NCBI GenBank assembly: GCA_963667565.1
Contig: OY763415.1
Span: forward strand, 1,440,001 to 1,504,000
Length of the DNA: 64,000 nt
Direction: 5' to 3'
From: Acholeplasmataceae bacterium
Lineage (GTDB): Bacteria; Bacillota_I; Bacilli_A; Acholeplasmatales; Acholeplasmataceae
Part shown: positions 45,626 to 56,669 of the stretch, piece by piece
How positions within the stretch are numbered: the stretch's first letter is position 1
Layout: each line of letters begins with the position of its first letter
The notes under the pieces: generated by a model
Database searches by the model: none
Told to the model about the DNA's origin: nothing
What the model saw: only the letters and a program-made list of their open reading frames with translations
Translations under genes and position numbers: made by a program

Positions 45626-46870
45626 ATGGATCAAGCAATATTAGTTGGTATTGATATAGAGACAAACGTCTTAAATATTAAAAGCAATTTAGATGAATTG
45701 GAACAGTTAGCTCTTGCAGTTAATATTAAAACTAGAGATAAAGTTGTTCAAAAGTCAAAGTCAATTTCTCCTAAATATTATATTGGCAAGGGAAAAGTAG
45801 ATGAAATTAAGAAGATGATTTCTATTTTAGATGTAGATGTTGTCATTTTTGATGATACTCTATCACCTTCTCAATTATCGAATTTAGAAAAAACGCTCGA
45901 TGTACAAGTCATTGATCGTAGTTTTTTAATTTTATCCATTTTTGCAGAACGCGCTCAATCTAAACAAGCTATCTTAGAAGTTGCTCTAGCTCAAAAAATG
46001 TATATGCTTCCTAGACTTTCTGGTATGGGTAGCACCTTATCAAGACAAGGTGGTGGTTCTTATAACGCTAAAGGTCCTGGTGAAACAAAATTAGAACTCG
46101 ATAGAAGAAAACTATTACAAGAAATTTCTTTAATTAAAAAACAATTGTTAAAAATAGAAAAAGAAAGAGATATTTCAACAAAAAAGAGAAAAGATAGTCA
46201 AATCCCAATCGTTGCACTTGTTGGATATACGAATGCTGGTAAATCATCTTTAATGAATGGACTTACATCTTATCTTCATCAAGATCAAGAACCTGTTTTT
46301 GAAAAAGATATGTTGTTTGCAACCCTTGACACTAAAGCAAGACGCATACAACAAGAAAATAAACCTCCATTTATCTTAATTGATACGGTTGGTTTTATAT
46401 CAAAATTGCCTCATGAATTGATTCGTTCTTTTCAAACGACTTTACTGGATGTATTAAATGCTGATTTATTATTGCATGTAGTTGATTCAACTGCTAAATA
46501 TCAAGAAGAAATGTTTGTTACAAGAAGTGTTTTACAACAAATAGGTGCTGACCATATTGAAAGAATACTCATTATGACAAAAAAAGATCTCGCTTATAGA
46601 CCTGTTGATGTTCAAGATGATTATATTTATATTTCAAATTTAACTAAAGAGAATTATGATGAACTCATATCAGCTATTTATGGTCATATTTATCACGATA
46701 GACGCATTGTAGACTTACTCATTCCTTTTACTGAAGGACAAATCTTTTCTAAACTTAAAGAAAATGCGACGATCTTATCTAATCAATATTTAGATGAAGG
46801 TATTTTCATCTCTGCAGTCTTATCACAGGAACAAACGCACATCTATCAATCTTATATCATAAAAAAATAA
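45626..46870 (+). CDS. hflX: GTPase HflX
   Basis: GPGETKLE, GYTNAGKSS, FATLD, DTVGFI. Confidence 0.95.
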   Translation: MDQAILVGIDIETNVLNIKSNLDELEQLALAVNIKTRDKVVQKSKSISPKYYIGKGKVDEIKKMISILDVDVVIFDDTLSPSQLSNLEKTLDVQVIDRSFLILSIFAERAQSKQAILEVALAQKMYMLPRLSGMGSTLSRQGGGSYNAKGPGETKLELDRRKLLQEISLIKKQLLKIEKERDISTKKRKDSQIPIVALVGYTNAGKSSLMNGLTSYLHQDQEPVFEKDMLFATLDTKARRIQQENKPPFILIDTVGFISKLPHELIRSFQTTLLDVLNADLLLHVVDSTAKYQEEMFVTRSVLQQIGADHIERILIMTKKDLAYRPVDVQDDYIYISNLTKENYDELISAIYGHIYHDRRIVDLLIPFTEGQIFSKLKENATILSNQYLDEGIFISAVLSQEQTHIYQSYIIKK

Positions 46871-46874
46871 GTGC

Positions 46875-47861
46875 TCATTGAGCACTTTTTTGTTCTTCAA
46901 AAAAATCATTAACATATTTTATAAATTCTTCTTTGGTGTGTGTTCTACTAAGTTGTGCTCTTAAATCTTTTGCATGTGGTAATCCTTTTAAATACCAAGG
47001 TCCGTGGCTTCTCATTTCTAAACAAGCCACTTTTTCACCTTTGAGTTCCACTAAAGATTCTAGATGAAGTAACATCATTTCTTTAATTTCCTCTAGTGTT
47101 GGTTTTTCAATGATAGTGCCATCTTTTAAATACGCATCAATTTCTCTAAATATCCATGGGTTACCCAAAGCGCCTCTACCAATCATCACTGCATCGCAGT
47201 TTGTATAGGTGAGCATACGTAAGGCAGATTCACCATCGATAATATCTCCATTGCCTATAACCGGTATATGAACAGCTTCTTTAACAGCTTTGATGACATC
47301 AAGATCTGCAAATCCACTATATCCTTGAGATCTTGTTCGTGCGTGTACTGCAATCGCACTTGCGCCTGCTTCTTCAATTTTTTTAGCAACTTCAACAGCA
47401 TTTTTACTATCGTCATCCCAACCACTTCTAATTTTAACAGTCACTGGTTTAGATACTTTATTTACAATCTCTCTAACAATATCATATATTTTATCTGGAT
47501 TTTTCATCAGTGATGCACCTGCTTGAGCTTTAATTGCTACTTTAGGTACCGGACATCCCATATTAATATCAATGATATCGCAATTGCTATGTTTATCAAT
47601 ATATAGGGCCGCATCAACCATTGTTTCTAAATCTGATCCAAAAATTTGTTGTGCCATAGGTCTTTCAACATCTGTCATAAACAATAAATCCAGTGTTTTT
47701 TCGTTCTTGTGTAACAACCCTTTATCAGAAACCATTTCTGCATATACTAACCCTGCACCATATTTTCTAGCAAGCGTTCTAAAAGGGCTGTTTGACACGC
47801 CAGCCATTGGTGCGAGTATGATTTTATTTTTAACTTCTACATTTCCTATATAAAAAGACAT
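46875..47861 (-). CDS. dusB: tRNA dihydrouridine synthase DusB
   Basis: LAPMAGV, DINMGCPVPKV, GNGDI. Confidence 0.94.
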   Translation of the reverse strand: MSFYIGNVEVKNKIILAPMAGVSNSPFRTLARKYGAGLVYAEMVSDKGLLHKNEKTLDLLFMTDVERPMAQQIFGSDLETMVDAALYIDKHSNCDIIDINMGCPVPKVAIKAQAGASLMKNPDKIYDIVREIVNKVSKPVTVKIRSGWDDDSKNAVEVAKKIEEAGASAIAVHARTRSQGYSGFADLDVIKAVKEAVHIPVIGNGDIIDGESALRMLTYTNCDAVMIGRGALGNPWIFREIDAYLKDGTIIEKPTLEEIKEMMLLHLESLVELKGEKVACLEMRSHGPWYLKGLPHAKDLRAQLSRTHTKEEFIKYVNDFFEEQKSAQ

Positions 47862-47938
47862 TTTAATCACCTGATTTATTGTATCATTTTATGATATGAG
47901 TTTCAATTATGCTACAATATCAATTGAGGTATGAACAC

Positions 47939-48814
47939 ATGAAAGATTATGCAATCATAAGTTATGCTTATGACAAAACAGTAAGAATATATGCATCTCA
48001 AACAACAAACTTAGTTGAAGAAGCAAGAATGATTCATCAAACTTGGCCAACAGCATCAGCTGCATTTGGTCGTTTTCTCACAGCATCTGCTATGATGGGA
48101 TTGATGTATAAACCTGGAGAACGAATCACACTTAGAATTAAAGGTAATGGTCCCATTGGATCTATGCTTGTTGAAGCTAATAACTCGGGGCAAGTTCGTG
48201 GAGAAATCCAAAACCCTTCTGTTTATTTAAAATATGAAGAGGGTCCTAAAAAAGGTAAATTAAATGTCGGTGCTGCTGTAGGACAAGGCTTTTTGTTTGT
48301 AACTAAAGATTTAAATATGAAAGAATATTTCACGTCATCATCTGAATTGCAAACAGGTGAAATTGGTGATGATTTCACATATTATTTTGCATTATCAGAA
48401 CAAGTCCCTTCATCTGTTGGATTAGGTGTGTTAGTCAATACTGATCAAAGTATTTTGGCTAGTGGTGGTTATATCCTTCAACTCATGCCTGGGATTAAAG
48501 AGGAAACCATTCAAACGATTGAACATATTCTTAAATCCATTAAACCAATGAGCACACTAATCAACGAAGGTAAAACACCTGAAGATATCACTGCCATATT
48601 ATCAAATCAAAATTATCAATTATTATCAAAACACGATTTAAGCTATCACTGTCCGTGTACAAAAGATGGATTTGCTAGAAGTTTATCGGCACTTGATAAA
48701 AAAGATATTGATGAAATGATTGAAGATGGACATGCTGAAATTGAATGTCATTTCTGCCATAAAAAATACATTTTCAATAAAGAAGATTTAGAACAAATTA
48801 AGAAAAACCAATAA
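47939..48814 (+). CDS. hslO: Hsp33 redox chaperone
   Basis: SEQVPS, CPC and CHFC zinc motifs. Confidence 0.94.
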   Translation: MKDYAIISYAYDKTVRIYASQTTNLVEEARMIHQTWPTASAAFGRFLTASAMMGLMYKPGERITLRIKGNGPIGSMLVEANNSGQVRGEIQNPSVYLKYEEGPKKGKLNVGAAVGQGFLFVTKDLNMKEYFTSSSELQTGEIGDDFTYYFALSEQVPSSVGLGVLVNTDQSILASGGYILQLMPGIKEETIQTIEHILKSIKPMSTLINEGKTPEDITAILSNQNYQLLSKHDLSYHCPCTKDGFARSLSALDKKDIDEMIEDGHAEIECHFCHKKYIFNKEDLEQIKKNQ

Positions 48815-48829
48815 AAAAAGAGGACTTGA

Positions 48830-49279
48830 TTACCAATCAAAGTCCTCTTCTATTTTTTTACGGCTTTCTAAATGATTACATCTTGACTTTAACTCTTGAA
48901 TAAAGACATCACGATCTTCAGGTGAGATAGCAACCATACGCATAAGTCCTTTGTTTAATGTGATTTTTACTACATCCATCGACATCGCAAAATTATTATT
49001 TGGTAACATTCTATCTTTTTCAATAGCAATAATGTGTTCATAATACACTTTTTTAAAGATGAATCCTAATCTTATATATAAGTAATCTTCTTTAAGTGCA
49101 TATACTGAACTGAAAAGAAAAATTAAATCAACTAAGACAACTGTGAGTAAACCAATCACTGCAGACATATAATCTTCGGTTTGTTCTAGATAAAAAATAA
49201 CAGCAAGCGCAATAAATATCAATGGAATCACTAAAAATACAAGTTTAACAAGCATGCCTTTTTTTACTTTAAATCTCAT
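48830..49279 (-). CDS. bacterial PH-domain membrane protein
   Basis: 2 TM segments plus ISP..FI.EL motif. Confidence 0.7.
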   Translation of the reverse strand: MRFKVKKGMLVKLVFLVIPLIFIALAVIFYLEQTEDYMSAVIGLLTVVLVDLIFLFSSVYALKEDYLYIRLGFIFKKVYYEHIIAIEKDRMLPNNNFAMSMDVVKITLNKGLMRMVAISPEDRDVFIQELKSRCNHLESRKKIEEDFDW

Positions 49280-50753
49280 ATGTGTTTTCTTCTTTCTGTT
49301 TTTGAATTCTTTCTAATAAATCATGTGTGATCTCACTATATAGTTTATCATCAATTTTATAAAACTTTTGATAAATCATATAAGATGCCACAATCAATAC
49401 AAGTGGTATAGCAAGCATAGAGATTCTTAGATTGAGTAACATTTCTGGTGTTGTTAAACTTCCAATCAAAGTTCTAATCTCTTCAGTGGTCAAATCAGGG
49501 TTTGCATTTCTTGCATCTGTTACAGGTTTAATGACTAGATCGTTTAATCCCGAAAACGCCAATGTTAAAGAAACGATAAATGTTTGAAACGCTGTCGCCA
49601 TTTTTGTGACAAATGGATTAATACTAAAAACGATACTTTCATTTCTAGTTCCTAACTTCCATTGTCCATATTCAATCGTATCAGCAAGCATCACTAAGAC
49701 GAGGACTTGAATAAATCCTTGACCAAAGAATAATACCAATCCTGCTAAACCAATAACCAACATATTCTTAGGTAGTATAAAATAACCTGCACTAAAGAAT
49801 AAACCGTATCCAATAGCAACTAAAATGGTTGAGTAAAAGAATAATTTTTTTCTACCTATCTTTTGTGATATCTTAGGGAATAAAACAATAGCTGTTAATT
49901 GACTTACCGCTAAAATAAGTGCAAACAACGTAAACTCAATACCACCATAACGATTAAAGTCGTAGTCAAAGAAATACATACCCAAAGCTGTTGTAATAAA
50001 ATAGCCTGTATTAAATAATAAGATTGCAACAATGATGACTACTAATTGATCATTTTTAAATATAATTTTTAATAAATCTTTAAATTTAGTCTTAGCTTGC
50101 TCCACATGTGTAATCATGTTTTTTGGCTCTTTAACGCCAAAGAACACCATTACTTGTGAACCAATAAATATCATGCCAATCACAAGTGCTAAAATAAAGA
50201 AAGCTTGTTTAGGTCCACCTGAAAAATTTTGATAAAATACTGGAACACCTGCAATGATAACAAACATGCCAAGACTTGCAAAGAATCTTGCAAGTGATCC
50301 TATTTTTTCTCTTTCTTTAGGATCAGCAGTAAAACTTGGATACATTGACCAATAACTGATATCATTCATGGTATAAGTCATACCAGATAAGACATACAAA
50401 ATACCAAATAAAATAACGAAAGGTGTACCACTTAATCCATAATCTTGAAACAATGAAAAGAATACCATTGCTGAAGTAATCGCGCCAAGCAATATCCATG
50501 GTTTAAATTTACCAAATCTTGTTTTTGTATTGTCAATAATAAATCCCATAAACGTATCATTAATAGCATCCCAAACTCTTGCTACTGCCATGACAACACC
50601 AACTGCAATCAAATCTGCAGAACTAACACCAACAGCATTCGTTAAAAATATCAATAAGAAATTTGCATATAAAGCATACATCATGTCTCTTCCAATAGAT
50701 GCTGAAGCGTACATCATTTTTGATTTTTTATCAATTGATTGAACGATTTCCAT
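49269..50753 (-). CDS. GPH (MelB-like) glycoside:cation symporter
   Basis: ARVWDAIND, DNTKTRFGKFKPW, ADTIEYGQWK. Confidence 0.92.
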   Translation of the reverse strand: MEIVQSIDKKSKMMYASASIGRDMMYALYANFLLIFLTNAVGVSSADLIAVGVVMAVARVWDAINDTFMGFIIDNTKTRFGKFKPWILLGAITSAMVFFSLFQDYGLSGTPFVILFGILYVLSGMTYTMNDISYWSMYPSFTADPKEREKIGSLARFFASLGMFVIIAGVPVFYQNFSGGPKQAFFILALVIGMIFIGSQVMVFFGVKEPKNMITHVEQAKTKFKDLLKIIFKNDQLVVIIVAILLFNTGYFITTALGMYFFDYDFNRYGGIEFTLFALILAVSQLTAIVLFPKISQKIGRKKLFFYSTILVAIGYGLFFSAGYFILPKNMLVIGLAGLVLFFGQGFIQVLVLVMLADTIEYGQWKLGTRNESIVFSINPFVTKMATAFQTFIVSLTLAFSGLNDLVIKPVTDARNANPDLTTEEIRTLIGSLTTPEMLLNLRISMLAIPLVLIVASYMIYQKFYKIDDKLYSEITHDLLERIQKQKEENTYEI

Positions 50754-50762
50754 AACGTTCTC

Positions 50763-53087
50763 CTACTTTTTCAAGATTTTTTTAATACCTTTAATCATAT
50801 GTAGATTAAGTATATCTACAATACCTTCTGCTTGATATAACGATAATGTTTGATTACTAAATAAAGCAAGCATTCGAATAGGTGTCTCTGTAATCGTTCT
50901 TTTCATAACTTCTTTCATCCACACATCTTCAACTTCTCTTAATTCTTTTGTTGCCATGCCCATGACCACACGTTTAATGATTTTCCCAATAAGTAAATGA
51001 TCAACATCATTAAGTGTTGTTGATAAACTAAATGGTCGCTTATAAACAATATGCTTTTTAGGAAGTTGTTTTGAAAACAGTTTATTAAAATCACTTGTGT
51101 TGTATTCATATTGATTATAACTAATCATTGGATGTCTTACCACCATACCGTCGATATGAATATCAACTTGATCAATGACTTCACCTGCATGTTTACATAT
51201 TTCTATACTATATTTACCTTCTTCAACAATAAAACGTTTTTTATAAATATCATAAAAATTAAAATCATCTTTTGACAACTTAAACTCAACTATTTTTACT
51301 TCGTTTGGTTTAAGTTCAATCTTATCAAACGCTTTAAGTTCTCTTTTGGCTTTGTATACAGTACTTTCATTTTGCCCAACATATACTTGAACTACTTCTT
51401 TTGCAGTCATTTGTCCAACATTTCTCACACTGACTGAAACTAAGTATCCATCTGAAACCTCTGTTACATTTAAGTCTTTATATACAAATTTAGCATATGA
51501 AAGTCCATGGCCAAAATGATATCTAACTGGCTTTTTAAATGTTTCATAATATCTATAACCCACATAAATGGATTCATCATAATATGTTGCTTGATTATCC
51601 TTAGTGATTTGTACATTACATGATTCATGATGATCAATCCATGTTTCTGCAAGTTTTCCTGATGGACTAAACTTACCAAATAACAAATCAAGCATTGCTA
51701 AACTTGAAGCTTGTCCACCTAAATATGCGATTAAGACACCTTTAGCTTTACTAAATGGCTCTAAATTAATGACTGATCCACCTACGGTAACGATCACTAT
51801 ATTTTGATTGACTTCATATAATTTCTTGAAGAGTTCGATTTGGTTTGATGGTACATCAAGTGATTTTCTATCAAAACCTTCGGTTTCTAATGCTTCTGGA
51901 ATCCCAACAATATAGACAACTTTTTTAACTTGATTGGCTAATTCTAGAGCCTCGGCTTCTAATTTGCTATCAACTTTAAATTGATCAACTTCAAAACCTT
52001 TGACAACTTTTGCATTTTTAGAAAAGTTTCCAATTACATCACAAATCTCATTGACTTCATATGCATTCACATGTGATGATCCTCCGCCTTGATAACGCAT
52101 ATGAAAAGCGAATCCTGAAATGATTGCGATGTTTTCTTGATTGCTTAGTGGCAAGATGTTTTCTTTGTTTTTAGCAAGAACCATAGATTCTCTAGCAAAC
52201 ATTCTTGCTTGTTCATGTTGTTTCTTAAAATCTAAATCTGATTCTTTATGATTTATGGGATATTTAAGTGCAAGTTCAACAATTCGATTTGCAGATGTTG
52301 TCACATCTTTATTAAGCTGCATATCTTTCATACTTGCTTGTTTGACTTTTGATCCCCAATAACCATAACTTGATGGCATTTCTAAATCACAAGATGCTTT
52401 AATACTTTTAACGCGGTCGTGAATAGCACCCCAGTCGCTTATGATAGGTCCTTGATATTTCCATCTTTTTCTAACAATCTCTTTTAAAATAGGGTGTTCT
52501 GTAACATAAAAACCATTAAGTTTGTTATAACTTGCCATCAGTGTAGCTGGATTTTCTTTAATAACCTTCTTGAAATTACGATAATATATTTCATGAAGTG
52601 CACGTTCATCAACAATCGTATCAATGGTGAATCTATAAGTTTCTTGATTGTTTGCAATAAAATGTTTAACCGAAGTTCCTATACCTTGATCTTCAACACT
52701 TCTAACAAAACTTGCTGCAAGTTCACCTGAAACATATGGGTCTTCACTATAATATTCAAAGTTTCTTCCACCCAATGGTGTTCGCTTAATATTAATGCCG
52801 GGACCTAAAATCATCTGAACACCATAATGTTTACATTCTTTTGCTATAGATGCTCCAAGTTTTTTCATTAAATTGCGATCGAAACTACATGCTGTTAAAC
52901 TTGCAGTTGGAAAACAGGTAGCTATCACGCTACCATTTTTTCCTGTAGTATCTTGATCATCGATTTGTTTTCTAACACCATGAGGACCATCAGTCATCAA
53001 TACACTCGGGACATCATCAAATGCTTTTGTATGCCATACATCTTGTCCATCTAATATTTTAATCTGCTCATCAAACGATAATTTCAT
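50763..53087 (-). CDS. GH3 beta-glucosidase
   Basis: TDGPHGVR, GRNFEYYSEDP, KHF, SDWG, FGHGLSY. Confidence 0.94.
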   Translation of the reverse strand: MKLSFDEQIKILDGQDVWHTKAFDDVPSVLMTDGPHGVRKQIDDQDTTGKNGSVIATCFPTASLTACSFDRNLMKKLGASIAKECKHYGVQMILGPGINIKRTPLGGRNFEYYSEDPYVSGELAASFVRSVEDQGIGTSVKHFIANNQETYRFTIDTIVDERALHEIYYRNFKKVIKENPATLMASYNKLNGFYVTEHPILKEIVRKRWKYQGPIISDWGAIHDRVKSIKASCDLEMPSSYGYWGSKVKQASMKDMQLNKDVTTSANRIVELALKYPINHKESDLDFKKQHEQARMFARESMVLAKNKENILPLSNQENIAIISGFAFHMRYQGGGSSHVNAYEVNEICDVIGNFSKNAKVVKGFEVDQFKVDSKLEAEALELANQVKKVVYIVGIPEALETEGFDRKSLDVPSNQIELFKKLYEVNQNIVIVTVGGSVINLEPFSKAKGVLIAYLGGQASSLAMLDLLFGKFSPSGKLAETWIDHHESCNVQITKDNQATYYDESIYVGYRYYETFKKPVRYHFGHGLSYAKFVYKDLNVTEVSDGYLVSVSVRNVGQMTAKEVVQVYVGQNESTVYKAKRELKAFDKIELKPNEVKIVEFKLSKDDFNFYDIYKKRFIVEEGKYSIEICKHAGEVIDQVDIHIDGMVVRHPMISYNQYEYNTSDFNKLFSKQLPKKHIVYKRPFSLSTTLNDVDHLLIGKIIKRVVMGMATKELREVEDVWMKEVMKRTITETPIRMLALFSNQTLSLYQAEGIVDILNLHMIKGIKKILKK

Positions 53088-53091
53088 GTGA

Positions 53092-54675
53092 TTACCTCAA
53101 TTTATACATTCTAGTTTCATAAGGTCTCAATACCATAGAATCATTTTGATAGTTACCTATGATTTTAATACCTTCTATATACTTATAACCAATTGATTGA
53201 TCTATTTTTGACATATTACAAATAACTACTATTTTGTCATTTTTATATGTTCTTTGGAAGATGAAAACATCTTTTTTCATGCTAATCAAATCAAATTCAC
53301 CATGAATCAACTCGACATATTTTCTTCTTATCTCAATCATTTGAATATAATAATTTAAAATTGAATCTGGATGATCCAATTGACTCTCTACGTTGATATA
53401 TGCTGTGTTTGCATTTTGTTTTAACCAAGGTGTGACAGTTGAAAATCCACCTTCTTGATTCCATTGCATAGGTGTTCTATTATTATCTCTAGAACTTCTA
53501 AGCATCATTTTAAATCTTCGCTTTTTAGAAAACCCAAGTTTTTTAGCGATTTGATAGATATTCAACGTTTCAACATCTCTAAATTCGCTCATATCTTTAA
53601 AATCACCATTGGTCATTCCAATTTCTTGACCTTGGTAAATGTAAGGTGTTCCTTTTAAACCAATCAGTAATGTGGCAAACATTTTAGCACTATATGCTCT
53701 AAAGTTTTCATCAGCAAATCTAGAAACAGCTCTTTGTTGGTCATGATTTTCTAAATAATTAGCATTCCAGTATACTTCTTTTTGCCATTTCGAAATGACT
53801 TTAATAAATTTGGAAGGTTTAAATTTTGTTCTAAACCACTTGTTGTTGATTTGATCTGTTTCCATGTGTGCAAAACTAAACACCATGTCTAATTCTTTTT
53901 TTTCTGGATAGATTAAATCATTTGCTTGTTTTGGTGTAACGAGTACAGTTTCACCCACTGTGAATGTGTCGTATTGATTTAAAACTTCATTTCTTAATTT
54001 TTGTAAAATTTGATGCATGCCCTCTTGTTGATGATAGTGCTCTAACCCAGTTAAAACCAATCTTTTTCTACCGTTTTCTAAACTGGTTTTAAAGATGATA
54101 TTAATCACATCACATCTAAACCCATATATGCCTTTATCAAGCCAATATCTCATGATATTTTGAACTTCTTCCATGATTTTAGGGTTATGCCAATTTAAGT
54201 CTGGTTGTTCTTTGGCAAATAAATGAAGATAATAAGCATCATCAATGTTATCCCATGCTTTTCCACCAAAAAAACTTGTCCAATTGTTGGGCTTGTTTTT
54301 CCATATATAATAATCTCTATATGCAGGATCGTGATTTAAACTTTTCTTGAACCATTCATGTTCATTAGATGTGTGATTAATCACTAAATCCATAATGATT
54401 TTTAATCCTTTTTCTTCTGCCTTTTTAATCAATAGATCCATATCATCCATCGTTCCAAACTCTGGATTAATCTGATAATAATCACTGATGTCATAACCAT
54501 TGTCGTGATTAGGAGATGCATAAACTGGAGATAGCCAAATAACATCAACACCTAAATGTTTTACATAATCAAGTTTTGATATAATCCCTTGAATATCACC
54601 AATGCCATCACCATTAGCATCCATGAAACTTCTTGGATATATTTGATAAACAACCAAATCTTTAAAAGTTTTCAC
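53092..54675 (-). CDS. GH13 alpha-glucosidase/oligo-1,6-glucosidase
   Basis: YQIYPRSF, DLVINHTS, QPDLN, GFRCDVI, ENHD; GTG start after GGAGG. Confidence 0.93.
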   Translation of the reverse strand: MKTFKDLVVYQIYPRSFMDANGDGIGDIQGIISKLDYVKHLGVDVIWLSPVYASPNHDNGYDISDYYQINPEFGTMDDMDLLIKKAEEKGLKIIMDLVINHTSNEHEWFKKSLNHDPAYRDYYIWKNKPNNWTSFFGGKAWDNIDDAYYLHLFAKEQPDLNWHNPKIMEEVQNIMRYWLDKGIYGFRCDVINIIFKTSLENGRKRLVLTGLEHYHQQEGMHQILQKLRNEVLNQYDTFTVGETVLVTPKQANDLIYPEKKELDMVFSFAHMETDQINNKWFRTKFKPSKFIKVISKWQKEVYWNANYLENHDQQRAVSRFADENFRAYSAKMFATLLIGLKGTPYIYQGQEIGMTNGDFKDMSEFRDVETLNIYQIAKKLGFSKKRRFKMMLRSSRDNNRTPMQWNQEGGFSTVTPWLKQNANTAYINVESQLDHPDSILNYYIQMIEIRRKYVELIHGEFDLISMKKDVFIFQRTYKNDKIVVICNMSKIDQSIGYKYIEGIKIIGNYQNDSMVLRPYETRMYKLR

Positions 54676-54711
54676 ACTATGTTCCTCCAAAAAAGAATAA
54701 AAAAACCCAAA

Positions 54712-55278
54712 TTATTTTTGGGTTTCGTTTGTAAATTCATTTAAAGCTTGAAGTAAATCCTTTAACGGTAACCCAACGATTGTAAAAAAATCACCTTGAT
54801 AACTCTCTACAAGTGCGCCGCCCAATCCTTGAATACCATAGGCGCCAGCTTTATCCATCGGTTCTTTTGTTTGTATGTACCCTTTGATTTCTAACTCACT
54901 TAACTTTTTCATTTTTACTTCTGTTTTTGAACAAAAGCTATGTTTCTTATCACCTTGTTGAAGTGCTACACCAGTAAATACTTGATGGGTTTCATTTGAT
55001 AACATTTTAAGCATGCGATATGCATCATCTTCGTCCTTAGGTTTTCCTAATATCTCTCCATTAAATACGACGATGGTATCTGCTGCAATGACAATATCAT
55101 CATGATGTTTAATTGAAACAGCTTCCGCTTTTTGTTCTGCTAAAGAAACGACAATTTCTTTTGGTTCGAGTGTTTCATCGATAAGTTCTTCTATATCGCT
55201 TGGTTCAACAATAAAGTCAACACCAGCATCCTTCAACAATTTTGATCGCCTTGGTGAACTACTCGCTAGAATAATCAT
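54712..55278 (-). CDS. maf: Maf nucleotide pyrophosphatase
   Basis: ILASSSPRR, ADTIV, GKP, DKAGAYGIQ. Confidence 0.94.
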   Translation of the reverse strand: MIILASSSPRRSKLLKDAGVDFIVEPSDIEELIDETLEPKEIVVSLAEQKAEAVSIKHHDDIVIAADTIVVFNGEILGKPKDEDDAYRMLKMLSNETHQVFTGVALQQGDKKHSFCSKTEVKMKKLSELEIKGYIQTKEPMDKAGAYGIQGLGGALVESYQGDFFTIVGLPLKDLLQALNEFTNETQK

Positions 55279-55383
55279 TTTATCTCCCCTTTGCATGAAA
55301 TAATTATAACATGTAATAGATGAAAATAAGTCATTTTTTTACAAATGCTCATGATATAATAAATGTAGAAGGAGTTGCTTACT

Positions 55384-56667
55384 ATGGATCCTACCATTGA
55401 TTTATTAAATCAATTAATTAAAAATGTGAAAAATCAAAAACTCATCTTATCTGTAAGTGGAGGCATTGACTCAATGGTCATGCTTCATTTATTGCATAGT
55501 CACAACTATCACATCGAAGTTGTCCATTTTAACCACCAAAAAAGAGAACAATCAAAACTTGAAGCAACCCTTGTTCAATCTTACTGTGAAAAACACCACA
55601 TCCCCTATCACTATTATCTCATCGATGTTTTAGATCATGGTAATTTTCACCATCAAGCACACATTTTAAGAAAACATTACCTATTACAGGTTGCTAAAGA
55701 AGTCAAATCCAAATATATCTTAACTGCTCATCATTTAGATGATTTACTTGAATCAATCTTAATCAAACTCACACGTGGTAGTAATTTATTGGGATACGCA
55801 GGTATGCAGCCTATCTATGAAAAAAACCATATCTTTTATGTTAAACCCTTATTATACACAAGCAAACAAGACATTTTGTCTTATGCAATTAAACATAAAA
55901 TTCCATATTTAAGTGATGAATCTAATGAGCAAGATACTTATCTTAGAAATCGATATAGACATGCGATTTCTCCAATTATGAAACAAGAAAATCAACAATT
56001 ACTTGAACAAGTTAAACAATACCATCACCAATTAAGTGATGCGTTTATCTACATTAGAAAACAATCCATTTTAACTCTTGTAGATAACCAAATTATCATC
56101 TCTAAATTTAAAGATCTAGACACTGTAATTCAGCATGATATGATTGCATATTTACTAGAGGAAAATCAAGTTGAGGCATCTTATGAAAAAATCATGTCTA
56201 TTAAACATATGTTATTATCTAAAAATCCAAATCAATCGATAAGATTAAATCATCAGTATGCTTTTATTAAAGCATATGATCATGCATCTATTGAAGAACA
56301 TGAGCACACTGAACCCCAGTTTATAGAACTCAAAATCGGTGAAAATCATGTAAAAAATATGGGCGTTTTCACATTTTTTCATGAAACAGATACCATTACT
56401 GAAGAATTACAAAAATTATGTTATAATAAATTAGCATTTCCATTATGGTTAAGACATCGTCTTAATGGCGATACATTAACTTTTGATTATGGACATAAAA
56501 AACTGAAAAAACTACTTATTGATCAAAAAGTACCAATGAATAAACGCGATCAATTATGGATTCTAACTGATAACGATAATCAAATTTTGTGGGTTGAGCA
56601 TTATTATCTCAACAAATCGATAGGTCAACAAAACACATTATACTTTCAAATCAAAAAGGAGCACTAA
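55384..56667 (+). CDS. tilS: tRNA(Ile)-lysidine synthetase
   Basis: SGGIDSM, TAHHLDD, DESN, RNRYR. Confidence 0.94.
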   Translation: MDPTIDLLNQLIKNVKNQKLILSVSGGIDSMVMLHLLHSHNYHIEVVHFNHQKREQSKLEATLVQSYCEKHHIPYHYYLIDVLDHGNFHHQAHILRKHYLLQVAKEVKSKYILTAHHLDDLLESILIKLTRGSNLLGYAGMQPIYEKNHIFYVKPLLYTSKQDILSYAIKHKIPYLSDESNEQDTYLRNRYRHAISPIMKQENQQLLEQVKQYHHQLSDAFIYIRKQSILTLVDNQIIISKFKDLDTVIQHDMIAYLLEENQVEASYEKIMSIKHMLLSKNPNQSIRLNHQYAFIKAYDHASIEEHEHTEPQFIELKIGENHVKNMGVFTFFHETDTITEELQKLCYNKLAFPLWLRHRLNGDTLTFDYGHKKLKKLLIDQKVPMNKRDQLWILTDNDNQILWVEHYYLNKSIGQQNTLYFQIKKEH

Positions 56668-56669
56668 TC

